The position numbers and the translations under genes were made by a program. Shown here in pieces: positions 44,215-55,757 of a DNA stretch of 64,000 bases; position 1 is the stretch's first letter; every line of letters starts with the position of its first letter. Under the pieces are notes generated by a model. The model saw only the letters and a program-made list of their open reading frames with translations, was not told the DNA's origin and ran no database searches. This DNA is from Hyaloraphidium curvatum SAG 235-1 (lineage: Eukaryota > Fungi > Monoblepharomycota): NCBI GenBank assembly GCA_025558095.1, contig JAIVFI010000003.1, positions 868,001 to 932,000 on the forward strand. The letters are read 5' to 3'.

Positions 44215-45785
44215 ATGGAAGACGACAGGAAGCTTGCCGTGGACACCACCGTCCCCGACGTGGAGGAGTCATGGTGGGCCCCGTCCGGCGCGCTTGCGGG
44301 CCAACTTGGCCAACCTCGAGTGCCTCGCAGGGACTCGCTTCGGCAGGCCGTTTTCATGCCTGGGACCCCGCTGCCCACTTTGCAGTACCTCGCTTCGGCG
44401 TTCTTCGCCGAGAGCTCGGAGATTGTCTTCCTCGCGACGGGCGTCGTGCTGAAGGGGCCGGCTGCCATTCTGGAACTGTTCAAGCAAACCGCTGCGTCCA
44501 GCTACGGCGTTGACGCACTGCAAAACGAGATTATCAGTCAAGTTAGCGGGACCGACGTCGTGTCTGGACGCCGGACCATGGTCGAGACCGTGATCTTTGG
44601 CCTCGTGCACGACCAGCCCATTTCGTGGCTGCTTCCGGACGTGAAGCCCACAAGGAAGCGCATCGTGTTGCCCATGGTACCGTACATGTGCGTGGTTGGT
44701 CCAGTGCGGCAGTTTACTCTTCTTTTTGGCACAGGACATCAACGTTGCGTTCGGCACCGACGGGCAGACCGGAAGGAAGGTCGTCACTTCCGTCCGGGTC
44801 TTCTTCGACCTCGGATCGGTGATGCGCCAGATCGGGCTGCTGCCGCAGTCCCTCTACTGCAAGGCCAATTCGTCGGAGACGACGCTCCCAGTTGTCGGAG
44901 TCCGCGTGGCCGATCCCCTCACGGTCAACCGGAAGCCTTCCCCGACCGACGAGGAGGAGCGTCCCGCCGGGCCTCGCGTGAGTCTCTTGCATTGTGGTGG
45001 AAAGAAGACCTTAAGCCAACACCTCTCCGCAGTCGCACATTGTGTCGCCCCAGAAGATGAAGGAGTCTCGCGTCTTCTCAGCCCCCGCCGATGAACCGAT
45101 CCGCACAAGCACGCGGATCTTCCAGAAGCCTACCTCGGACGTGTTCAGCGACAAGACGGAGCCCCTGCGGACCTCGGTTCCCATCGACCCCCGTCGCTAC
45201 GAAACTCATGTCAACGTGTTCAACCCGAATGAGACCCCGGTGGAGGAGGGCGAGAAGCCGGGCAAAAGGCTCGTGGCGGTCAACCCCAACCTCACGTCCC
45301 ACATGGCGACGCTCGGGATCTCAGCTCCGCCGCCGGACCAGGATGCCGACACCTTCAAGCCGACCCGGAAGCTGGTCGGGGACCCGACGAGCCGGATCTC
45401 CCCCGACGAAAGGGAGGAGACGTTCAAACCCCAGAAGAAGCTCTTCATGGACCAGGCGAACAAGCAAGCGCCGTCTGCGGACGAGGCATTCCACCCGAGC
45501 TTGAAGCAGTTTGGCCTGAGGAACAAGAACCAGATCAACATTTCCGGCCCCACCGAGGAGGAGATTGCGGCGCAGCAGGCCGCGGAGGTTCGAAAGCCGC
45601 GGAGGAACGAGAGCCAGATCACGCTGTGGGGGGCGCCCGGCAACCTGACGCCGAATGGGTCTACGCCCGAACGACCAAGCTCGCGGTGCGTACTTTCCGT
45701 TTCTCTAACTGGGCTGTGACGTGACCTCTCTTCTTCCAGTGTGCTGCGCCCGCCCGGCGGCGGCTCCACGCTCACGCTGTCGTGA
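44215..45785 (+). CDS. NTF2/SnoaL-like domain protein with low-complexity repeats and C-terminal SSRVLRPPGG motif
   Basis: VHDQPISWLLPDVKPTRKRIVLPM..VRVFFDLGSVMRQIGLLP; repeated FKP.RKL; PSSR/VLRPPGGGSTL end (HN1/Jupiter-like). Confidence 0.55.
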
Positions 45786-45943
45786 AGTCAAAGTCGCCGA
45801 ACCATCAACCTATCTCATGGAGCCGAAGAGAAGATCGCCGTATCTTCCAATGCAGTTTCTACTCTTTCCAGCATGTATACGTCGAAAAGATTCATCGAAA
45901 TCAACCAGCAACGTGTTTGCGGCTGTGGCGCCGTGGAACCACA

Positions 45944-47365
45944 ATGCACTCGCCAGAGGACCGCTTGATTCCCGCCATTGAACGGGACCGGATACCGATA
46001 TCGCTATGGCGGAACATTCCTCTGCTGGTCGTCTCGGGGAATTGGATCGCGATGGCTTGCGTCGTGTTCCTTCCGGTCTACGCGTTCGAGCCGTCGTCGC
46101 CGAGCCTGTCGCCCGAACACACATTTCTTGAGGAGCCTTCGGCATCCGGACTTGCCTTGGTCGAGTCCATGACATTTTTGGGCTGGATGATCGGGGCCAC
46201 GTGCCTCTCGATGCTGTCCGACGCCTTTGGTCGGCGTCCTACCATGCTAGTGTCGGGCTACCTGATATCGAGCTTCCTGCTCATGTCGGTGCTGGTGCTA
46301 GAGCGTGGAGACGTCCTGGGTTTTGCGATTTTTCGAGCTGCCCTCGGATTCTGCGTCGGAGGGGGCGGTCTCGTGGCCTTTTCGCTCGGCATCGAGGTTT
46401 ACGGCCCCGAAGTGGAATCGCACACCGGATGGGGAGCCGTGCTGTTCAACAACAACTTTGCAATCGGCGGCTCCGTGCTCGCCGCATTTGCGTATTTTGT
46501 CCCGGACTGGCGGTTCATGACGGCGGGCGTGGCCTTGTTCCAGATCGCTCTCGTTACCGCTTGTCTCTTCCTGGCGCCTGAGTCGCCGACATGGCTGGCA
46601 GCGACGCAGGATGGGCTCAAATCCGCATCAGCTGCCACAAACGGCGATTTAGCTCCGGGCAGTACGACATTTGGTGATTTCCTTCTCCCGGAATTTGCCC
46701 GGCCCCTGCTCCGACCTCCTTTGGCAACCCGGCTGGTTCTTCTGTTCTCGGTCTGGTTCACCGCGGTACACGTGTACTATGGCATAACGTTGGATGCCAC
46801 GAATCTTGGCACCGACGGCCCGGACGCGACCGGTGGCACGCCACCTACCGGGCTCTCCTTGTACCAGCTTTCGTTCCTGCTCAACTTGCTGGCCATCCCC
46901 GCGCAGACCTTGAGTGCATTTGCGATCGCCAGGATCGGCGGGCCACGGACATTGGTGCACAGCTTCTGGCTCAGCGGGGCGAGCTTCCTCGCAACCGCTT
47001 GCGCTGCTCAGTTTGGCCTTTTGCGACTGGCCAGCGCGTTCGTCACCGTGGGATCGTTCTTTGAAAACCTTGCCTTCTGCGCTCTGTACTCCGCTACCGC
47101 CGTCATGTTCCCCACGACGGTTCGGAACACTGCGATGGGGTGGCTCGCGAGCGTGAGCAAAACGGGAGCAATGCTTGCTCCTGTCGTGGTGCATCAGATC
47201 GGAGGCAAGAACTTGGCCGTGCCATTCTGGATCTTCAGCTCCATGTCCTTCCTCTGCGCTTGCGTGATGCACTTCTTCGGCTCTGTGTGGTTGGAGGAGG
47301 AGGCAGGGGAGACGGACGAGGATCTTGGTCGCGAGGACGAAGACAACGAGGGACCGTCCATGTAG
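45944..47365 (+). CDS. MFS transporter (SLC22/sugar-porter-like)
   Basis: LSDAFGRRP motif A, PESPTWL, FPTTVRNTAMG and multiple TM helices. Confidence 0.9.
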   Translation: MHSPEDRLIPAIERDRIPISLWRNIPLLVVSGNWIAMACVVFLPVYAFEPSSPSLSPEHTFLEEPSASGLALVESMTFLGWMIGATCLSMLSDAFGRRPTMLVSGYLISSFLLMSVLVLERGDVLGFAIFRAALGFCVGGGGLVAFSLGIEVYGPEVESHTGWGAVLFNNNFAIGGSVLAAFAYFVPDWRFMTAGVALFQIALVTACLFLAPESPTWLAATQDGLKSASAATNGDLAPGSTTFGDFLLPEFARPLLRPPLATRLVLLFSVWFTAVHVYYGITLDATNLGTDGPDATGGTPPTGLSLYQLSFLLNLLAIPAQTLSAFAIARIGGPRTLVHSFWLSGASFLATACAAQFGLLRLASAFVTVGSFFENLAFCALYSATAVMFPTTVRNTAMGWLASVSKTGAMLAPVVVHQIGGKNLAVPFWIFSSMSFLCACVMHFFGSVWLEEEAGETDEDLGREDEDNEGPSM

Positions 47366-47518
47366 GGACGTTTTGGCGGACGTGAGGTGACGTTGGCGCA
47401 TGGGAGCCATTGTCGAGGAGATGATTGAGATGTTGTGGTATTTCTGATTTCTGAACATAGATCGCGCTCTCGCCTGGGTATCGACCGACCGTGCAAAAGA
47501 CCCGGGAGCAGCCCGCGG

Positions 47519-48929
47519 TTAGTCTCCCTCGGGCATAGCACCCGGAGGCGGTGGAATCCAAAAGGCCTGGCAATCAATGAGCGGTCAGCACGTGAGGGCG
47601 GATAATGGCAAAGCCCCCAAGAGATCTCCGACCGCGCGAAAAACCACCACGGCATTCTACCGCGAATCGTTTTCGACATGATGGGGAAACAGCGGGTCGT
47701 TTGGGTGCGCTGATGGCGCTGCTCACCAAGTTCGCATCCGCAGACGCCGCCATGTTGAACTTGGGGTTGTATGCCACAACCTTTGACCCCTCGGTGTGTC
47801 CGTCCAGAGAGCAAACGAGCTGCTGCGACTTGATCTCCCAGAAGTGGACTTTGCCGTCTTGCGATCCTGGAAGGAACAGCTTGTTGGTTCAAGCTGCCCT
47901 CGTGAGGACATCGGTGAAACTCACCACACATCGCGAACTTGGCGTCAGGGGTGAAGTCCGCGTGAAGATCGAGAGCGGCTAGATTCTGGTGGCCCGTGAG
48001 TTTTGCCACCAGTTCTTTGGGATCCAAGCCGCTGACTACGTAGAGCTCTGGCCCGTTGGTCGAAATGAGAATGTAGTTTCCGTCGTTCGAGAACTTGATC
48101 CCAGTCCATGTAATGTCCGTTTGCAAATGGTGTGTAGGAGCACCCGTCACAAAGGGCCCGTTCTCAAAACTGGCGATATCATAGAGCCGTATCACTTTAG
48201 ACTGCAAGGCTATGGCAAACACCTTTCCGGAGGGATCGAAGGCGACGAGCGGATTCCCGTTTGGGACCTGCATGAAGCCCTGAGCGTTCTCCGTCCGAAG
48301 GTCCCAGAGCCGTACGCTGCTGTCGCTGGCGGCGGAGATGAATCGGTCGTCGAGAGGAGACATGTCCAGGGAAGTGACGCTTTGGAGCAGCCGCGATCAG
48401 ACTCGCAAAGCGCGACCGCAGTGTAGATACCCACTTGCCCTGGTGTCCCTTGAAGTAGCGGATGAATTTGTTGTCGTGGAACGACATGTACCGAATCGCG
48501 TCTGCGAGACTGGGGTCAGTTGGGACCTTGGGACCCGAGGGTGCTCGGCACACCGTCTTCCTTCGTGGACGCATAGATGATGCAATTCTTGTGGTGGGTA
48601 AACTTGGCGAGATTGCAGCCGTACTTCTTGCTGTTCGAAGTCTTTACTTTGCTGTGAACGCAGAGTGGGCGAGCGTTTCCGGAGACCAGGGCTGCCCTCA
48701 CGTTCCGCGCTCGCAATCGTACAAATGCAGCGACTCATCGTCCGAAGATGTAACGCAGAACTGTCCCGTATGGTCGAAGTCGATCGAGTTGATGTGTTTC
48801 TTGTTGTCGTGGAAGACGGCACCTTCCCTCGAGCTTCAGACCGCATTGTCACGTGGAAACACGCGATGAGGCCGCACCGACGACTAGTTTGCTCAGGGAA
48901 TCTCTCGTCAAGATTCCTGGGTCCTCCAT
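47519..48929 (-). CDS. SWD2: WD40 protein WDR82/Swd2 (COMPASS/CPF subunit), multi-exon
   Basis: SKKYGCNLAKFTH, IRYMSFHDNKFIRYFKGH, MSPLDDRFISAASDSSVRLWDLR, IKFSNDGNYILIST, FTPDAKF, NL/AFW end. Confidence 0.92.
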
Positions 48930-49132
48930 GGGCGCGACGTGGCCTCAGTCCGGCCACCAACGCGCCCTCGATCACTGCGTCGCGTTGCGGCGCTCCGATC
49001 ACACCTGTCGGCTCGGCAACGGACTGCCTCCCACCGCGCATCGCCCCGCTTGAGCGACAGAATCGCCTCTTCGGCGATTGCTTTTCGCTCATCGGCCCCA
49101 TCGAGCGACAGAAAGGCCGCCAGTTCTCTGCC

Positions 49133-50163
49133 ATGGCTTCTCAAACCTATTGGGACGAAGCGCTGAAGTTGGAGAAGACCGGGCCCGGACGCTACGTCGT
49201 CACCATTTCGGGGAAGTCGGCCTTGACCAATGTCAACAAGAGCGTTCACGGTGGCTACGTTATCGGGCTCGCCGCCAAGGCGATGCAGGAGGAGCTGAAG
49301 GCCGTCGCTCCCATGCACCTGCTTCCCGTGGCCCTCAACACGTCGTTCTGCGGATCGGTTTTCGAAGGAACGCCATTGGAGCTCATCGTCGAGGTCTCGA
49401 AGCAGGGGAGGAGGTTTACTTTTCTACGCTGTCAGCTGCGGCAGAAGGGCGCGGTGTGCCTGGACGCGAACGGGTGCTACGGAGCCCCCTCGGAATCCCG
49501 GGACGGCAGGGACGACTACCGCACCGGCGCCTACGCCAAAGTGCAGCTTCCTCCGTTCGAGCAGTGCAAACCGTACGAGAAGGTCATGGAGGACCTGGGC
49601 GTCCAGCCCCGGGTCGACCGGCCCGAGGACTTTAGGATCCGTGCCGTCGATCCCAAGCCCGTGGGCGAGCTCGTCTCGAAGTGGATTCCGCGCCTCGAGT
49701 CCCTGGGCAAGACAGCCGGCGCCAAGGACGTCGATCGCGAGGTCCACGACTTCAAGACCGAAGCGTACTGCGGCTTCACGGACCAGAGGCCGCACGACGT
49801 CACCTCCGTGATCTATTTCACCGATTTTATCCCCCCGCTGAACTTCTCCATGTCGCTCCGGCCGCACATCCCGAACCGGAACCACTTCTGGTTGGTTTCC
49901 TCCGCCGCTCCGCACTTCACGAGGCTAACCGATTCATCAGGGACTGGACGACCATCTCATACAGCGTCAATTTCGTCAACCCCGTTCCTCCGACCCCACT
50001 GATCGCGATCCGCGTCGAATGCGAGATCCTGCAGGATACGGACGAGCGCCGGTGCCTCGTCCAGAACATGGCGATCGACCCGGTGTCCGGCAAGGTCATC
50101 TGCGTGGCAAGGCAAGCAGCACTTGCCACGCCATACCCGATCCGGGGCGCGGAGAATCTTTGA
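49133..50163 (+). CDS. Double hot-dog thioesterase-like protein (1 intron)
   Basis: VHGGYVIGLAAKA, VEVSKQGRRFTF, YFTDFIPP, WTTISYSVNF, SGKVICVARQ. Confidence 0.8.
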
Positions 50164-50192
50164 AAGTATGTGCGGGCATAGATGGAGACGAA

Positions 50193-50477
50193 TCATTCCT
50201 CGAGAGAAGACAGCTTGGACGCAATCTCGTCTGAACCGAGTCCGTGGATCGCAACTGTCTTCTCCCTGTCCTTGTGGCCCCGCACTAGCTCTACCGAGGA
50301 CTTTGGGATCCCGAGCAAGTCCGCGACTGTGACCACGACGTCCTTGTTTGCTTCGCCCTCCCTGGCGGGTTTCCGTGTCCGGATCTCCAGGACTCCGTTC
50401 GCGTAGCCGACACCCTCCGTCCGGCTCCCGGGCTTGACGTGGAGCTGAAGCATCACAGGCTTTGCCTTTGACGACAT
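50193..50477 (-). CDS. UPF0235/DUF167 (YggU-like) protein
   Basis: LHVKPGS..PAREGEANKDVV..LLGIPKSSVELVRGHKDREK. Confidence 0.88.
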   Translation of the reverse strand: MSSKAKPVMLQLHVKPGSRTEGVGYANGVLEIRTRKPAREGEANKDVVVTVADLLGIPKSSVELVRGHKDREKTVAIHGLGSDEIASKLSSLEE

Positions 50478-50632
50478 CGCTCGTCGAAGGGCTCCGAATG
50501 GCATTTGCAACGGGGAAACGTTCGGCGCGCATTCTAGTCCGCGCGGCACTTGCTTGACACCCTCACCTCAAGGACAAACAACGGCATCGTCAGTCCATCG
50601 ATTGAGTCCCGCTCTGTCCCGTCTTATCCGCA

Positions 50633-52342
50633 ATGTCGGGTGCCGATGCGTCCCCGCCGAACGTATTCGCGGGCCACCGCGAGTCCGAAGAGCCCTTGGA
50701 GCCCTACGAAAGCTCCGACGCCCCCAGCGACCCCGAGGACCCCCTGGAGCCCTACAAGAGCGACGACGAGCCGACCGAGGATGAAGTCGAGGAGATCGTT
50801 CCGCACCGGGTCGCGGGCTCCGATTCCGACGGCGAGGGCGGCGCGAATCCGCTCATGGCGGCGCTCCGCGCTTTGGGGCTGAGCTCGCCGGGGAGGGCGG
50901 CGGGGGACAAGGTGCTCCCCGAGCCGACGGTCGCGGCGGTCGCCGAGTACATCAAGGAGAAGAAGCCGCACAACGTCGTCGTCATGTGCGGGGCCGGGAT
51001 CTCGACAGCGGCCGGTATCCCGGACTTTCGGACCCCCGGCACCGGACTCTACAGCAATCTCGCGGAGTACAAGTGCGATTGCGTGCCGGGATCGCGGTTC
51101 CCGTCGCCTGACCGAGTATTGCCTTGTCCAGCTTGCCGACACCGGAGGCCGTCTTCGAGATCAGCTACTTCAGGCACAACCCCCTGCCCTTCTACCACCT
51201 CTCTCACCATCTCACGCCCGGGCGCCACCTTCCCACCATGACCCACTACTTCCTTGCCTTGCTCGAGGAGAAAGGCGTTCTCCGCCGGATCTACACGCAG
51301 GTAAGGCGCGCTCTGTGACTCCGCCGATCGAGGCCAACCATCGGTCTCAACGCAGAACATTGACACGCTCGAAACCCTGGCCGGCGTTCCCCGGGAAAAG
51401 ATCGTCGAGGCACATGGCAGCTATGGCGCCGCGCACTGCGTCGGCGGCTTCGTCGACCCCGCCGTCGAGACCTTCCTCGGCGAGGGCGGCAGGCTCAACA
51501 CGACGTACTGGTCCACGGACCCGCGCACGGCGCGGCGGGGCTGTGGCGCGGCGTACGACACGGCGCTGTTTGCCCGCAAGGTGCGGGAGGGCAAGGTTCC
51601 CCTGTGCGAGCGGTGCGGCGGGCTTGTCAAGCCGGACATTGTGTTTTTCGGGGAAGGCCTTCCGCGGCGCTTCTTTGACCTCGTCGAGGTGGACTTTGAC
51701 CCGGACTCGTGCGACCTGGTCATCGTCATGGGCACCTCGCTGCTCGTGGGGCCGTTCAACCAGCTGCCGTACATGGCGCCGCCGCGGGTTCCGCGGCTGA
51801 TGCTGAACATGACCCCTGCGGGCGGGTTTGACTACTCGATCCACCGGCCGCCGTTCCGGGACGCGTTCTGGAAGGGGCCCTGTGATGAGGGCGTGGTGGA
51901 GCTCGCCAGGGCGCTGGGCTGGGAGGAGGATCTGAAGCGGATGTTCGAGGAGGGGAGGGCGGAGCTGAGGAAGCAGTGGGCCGAAGCGGCGGCTGCCGGG
52001 GCGGAGGCTGCGCCTACAGAAGGTGCATCGGCTGGAGGCGCCGCCGAACCTACAGAGGCCGGCGGTCCAGTGGAGAGCTCCCCTGCGGCCACGCCGCAAC
52101 CGGAACAGGCGAATGGGGCCGACTCGACAGGGACCTCGAGCACCTCGTCGCCCACGGGCCCATCGACCGAAGCCCGATTCAACGTCTACAAGCCCCACGG
52201 CACGCAGATTATCACCTCGGGCGGGGTCGTGATCGAGGAGGTTCTTGAAGACGAGGCGGAGCTGGAGTTGTCGGCCAGCGACCAGGCCAAGGTCGACGAA
52301 GCGGTTGACGCGATTCTGCTGGCGGGATTGAAGCTCAAGTAG
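50633..52342 (+). CDS. NAD-dependent deacetylase, SIRT2/Hst2-type sirtuin (2 introns)
   Basis: [63 protein letters not shown]. Confidence 0.93.
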
Positions 52343-52506
52343 ATCAGCCAGACTGTTTCATGCTGTATCGATTGATTTCCTGCGTTGCATCCCCTGATGA
52401 CACTCGGCGGAGGATCGCCCCTCTGATTTCGGGCCCGGCGGATTCCAAGCCCCGACAACTTTCCCTCCTCCCCATACCCCTCTGGCCTCGCTTCGAGCGG
52501 ATCGGC

Positions 52507-54021
52507 ATGAACCCGCCGACGTCGCCCGTGCCGCGGCGAGTGCTCGCGACGCCGCTGCTCGGCGACCCGCCGCCGCCGCCGCCGGGGGTGCCGCCCGCGC
52601 CGAAGCCGCTGGCGCTGGCCACGCTGGGCCCGGGCGGCTTCGCGGGCGCGGCGCTGGGGCTCGCCGGCCTGCCGTCCCCGCGGACATCATCGCTCGGCGC
52701 CGGCAGCGACGCGTCGCCCGCCAAACCGCCCGACGGCTACGCGGCCGACAAGGGGGACAAAGGCGGCCGCGGCTCGGCGCTGGCGCGATTCATCATGCGG
52801 ACATGCTCGGTCGACGTCTCCGCGCCGCTGGCCGCCGCCTCGGACGCGCTGCGGGCGGCCGCTGGGCGCGCCAGGGCCGCCGTCGGCTACCGGGATACCG
52901 GGAACGGCGAGCGCAAAAGCTTGCTGCCCTCGCGGACTTTTTTCGGCGGCCGGCGGTGGAGGCCGAACGTGTGGACGCTGCTGCTGTACCTCAACGTGCT
53001 GCTGGCGCTGTGGCACATCGGGACCGCCTCGTGGACCTATTTGTCGTGCCGGGCGTGGACGGACGGGTGGTGGCGATCCGGCCACGAGCCGTGTCCGTAT
53101 CCGGGGGGAACGGTGGGTTGATGCCCTCCAGGAAACGAGTCGGTTGCGCTGACGTGCCCCGTTTGACAGCGGCTGCCGAAGGACTACGTGCCCGTGTGCC
53201 CCGAGCGGCAGCAGATCCCGCGCGTGGCACAATACGTCTTCGATTCGTCCATCAGGCCGCGCACCTTCACCTTCTGGAACTACCTGTCGGTCAAGTCGGC
53301 CAAGAAGCAGCTCGGGACGGACCTGATCCTGCTGCACTACCCGCACCTTCCCCCGACGGGCCCGTGGTTCAAGCTCGCCAAGCGCCACGTCACGCTGTCC
53401 AAGATCCAGGTCGTGGACATCTACGCGTGGTCCCTCGTGGAGCTCCAGAAGCGCCTGGGGAGCATGTACCTCTACGTGGTGCAGATGCTCCAGAACGGCG
53501 GGCTGTACCTGACCCCGGACACGGTCGTGCTGCGGCCGCTGGACGACCTTCTGCACCACCGCCAGGTGTTTTTCCAGACCACCTGCGAGGGGGAATGGTC
53601 GCCCAACATCTTCCTCGCGACCCCGGGGTCCGAGTACATGAAGCGCTGGGAAAAGGCCCTGGCCAGCAAGTGGTACTGGCTCGGCTGGTGGGTCGGCCAC
53701 CCCGGCGAGCGCGGCGGGCTGGGCACCCTCGCCAGCAGGATAGGCAAGTACATCCCCGAGGAGGTGCGGACGCTGCCCATGGACCGGCTGCGGTCCGTTG
53801 CGGACGACGCGGTGTGGGACTTTCTGGACGCCGTGGGCGGGCCGGACGGGAACCTGACGGCCATCATGGTGCTGCCACGGGGCGACGACGGGGTGGGGAA
53901 GGCGGTGAGCAGGGACGAGGCGCTGCGGGCTGTGGGATCGAGCAAGGTGGCGATGGCGCTGATCGACGAGGACTGGGAGGACGTCAAGGAGGTGCTGCGG
54001 ACCGTGGGCATAGGGAGATAG
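52507..54021 (+). CDS. Type II membrane glycosyltransferase family 32-like protein (1 intron)
   Basis: TM anchor; IPRVAQYVF..FTFWNYLSVKSA..ILLHY..P.GPWF; GGLYLTPDTVVLRPLDDL. Confidence 0.65.
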
Positions 54022-54134
54022 CACGGAGAGTGTCGCAGAGCGGTGTGCAAGAGTGTGAGCCCGATCGCGTCGATCCCCCGGGTTGATGATTCGATGATTC
54101 GAAGGGGCCGGTCCCTTGGGAACTGCAAACGGAC

Positions 54135-55497
54135 ATGGCGTTTCCCCGTCTCCCGCGGGGCCTGCTGCGGCTCATTGCCCCAGGAATCCTCATCTTGATA
54201 TTCTGGCGGATATACATCGCCCGCCAGGCGGACGACGGGCCGTCCCCGCCCCTCGTGGACGTGCGCGACCCCGGCTCCCCGCGCGGCCGCGACGCGTCCC
54301 TGCCCCCGGCCGCCGGCGGGCCGGACCGGACATTCGGCTGCCAGCTTCATCTGCTGCAGCAGCCTCTACGCGCGGTGCGCGTTTCGGGCGGGATCAACGG
54401 ACGCACGCCGTACAACATCTTCCTCCACGCGCCGCTCAGAGACAAGCACATAAGCGAGCAGTGGAGTGTTTCCGGGCGCCCATCTTAGGGTCTGGACGAC
54501 TCATATGTGTCCGTAGGCTTTGGCTCTCGAAGGGAACGCAGTTTTTCGAGGATGGGTACCAGGAGGACTTTGCCAACGCGGTCGAGGTGGTGCAGAGGGT
54601 CACGGGGAAGGAAAAACTGGTCGTGCTGGACCTGGGGGCGAACATTGGGCAAGTGGTTTGCCGTGCGATTGGTGGGATGGGAGATTGACGTGCTGGCCTG
54701 CAGGTTACACGCCCTCTTCTTCGGCAAGGTGCGCACTCGCCCGCGAAAAGCTTACTTCGCCCTTCTCAACCCCTCATCCACAACGGCGTTGCCGTTAACG
54801 CACCTTTCCTGTCCAGCTGGGCCACACGGTTCACGCTTTTGAGCCGCATCCCCCCAATTTCCGCCTCCTGCAGTGCTCCGCCTTCCTCAACGGTTTTGAC
54901 CCCGCCCTCTTCCACCCCCACAACCTCGGGATTGCTTCCAACCCCAGCCGCAAACGCGCCTGCATCCAGATCCCCGAGGCAGACAACCAGGGCAACGCCG
55001 TGATCTCGAGCTCCCTGGAACCGTCCCGCTCCGGCTGCCCAGTGGGCTCCACGGCCGTCAACCTGACCACCCTGGACAGCTTCTTCCTCTCCGCCACGGC
55101 GCTCGCCTCGCGGCCCGTGGACATTATGAAGATGGACGTGCAGGGCATGGAGCACGCCGTCCTCCTGGGCGCCTCGACGCTGATGACGATGAGCCCGCCT
55201 CTCTTCCTTTTCTTCGAATTCGAGCCCTTGTCCATCCGGAAGCAGGGCGGGGACCCGCTCGAGCTCCTGAGGAGGCTGAGATCGTACGGGTACTCGCAGG
55301 GCTACATCATGCCCGGATCCGGCGTCGAGGCAAAGTACAAGACCAAATCCTTCATCGGGCTCGAGGAGGACCTCGCGGCGGGGAAGCTCGGCGGGATGGT
55401 GGACCTGGTTGCCGTGCACGGCAAAGTGGGGAAGGAGCTGGGGGACCTCTGGGGCAATGCGCGCAAGCCGAACGGAGAGCTGAAGGACGACGCATGA
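54135..55497 (+). CDS. FkbM-family SAM methyltransferase, membrane-anchored, multi-exon
   Basis: VVLDLGANIG, VHAFEP, TTLDSF, DIMKMDVQGMEHAVLLGA, FFEFEP. Confidence 0.85.
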
Positions 55498-55757
55498 TTT
55501 TGTTCATGTCCGATCCGCGCTCGGTTGCAAGCCCACGATCGATACCGAGCCCTTTGCATACGGTCCCGAACAAGAGTTTGGATCGTGCAAGTACCGTGCG
55601 CTCCCCTTGAAGCGACTTGGTACGCCGGTCCGTCAGATTTCGGGAAAGGCGATTGCTCACTCTCCAGTATCTACTCAGGTACCACCACACACGGGCCAGA
55701 CCTGTCATACAAAGAACCCCAACCCCCAAGCGTCGAATGCCGGCTACGTGGCGTGTG

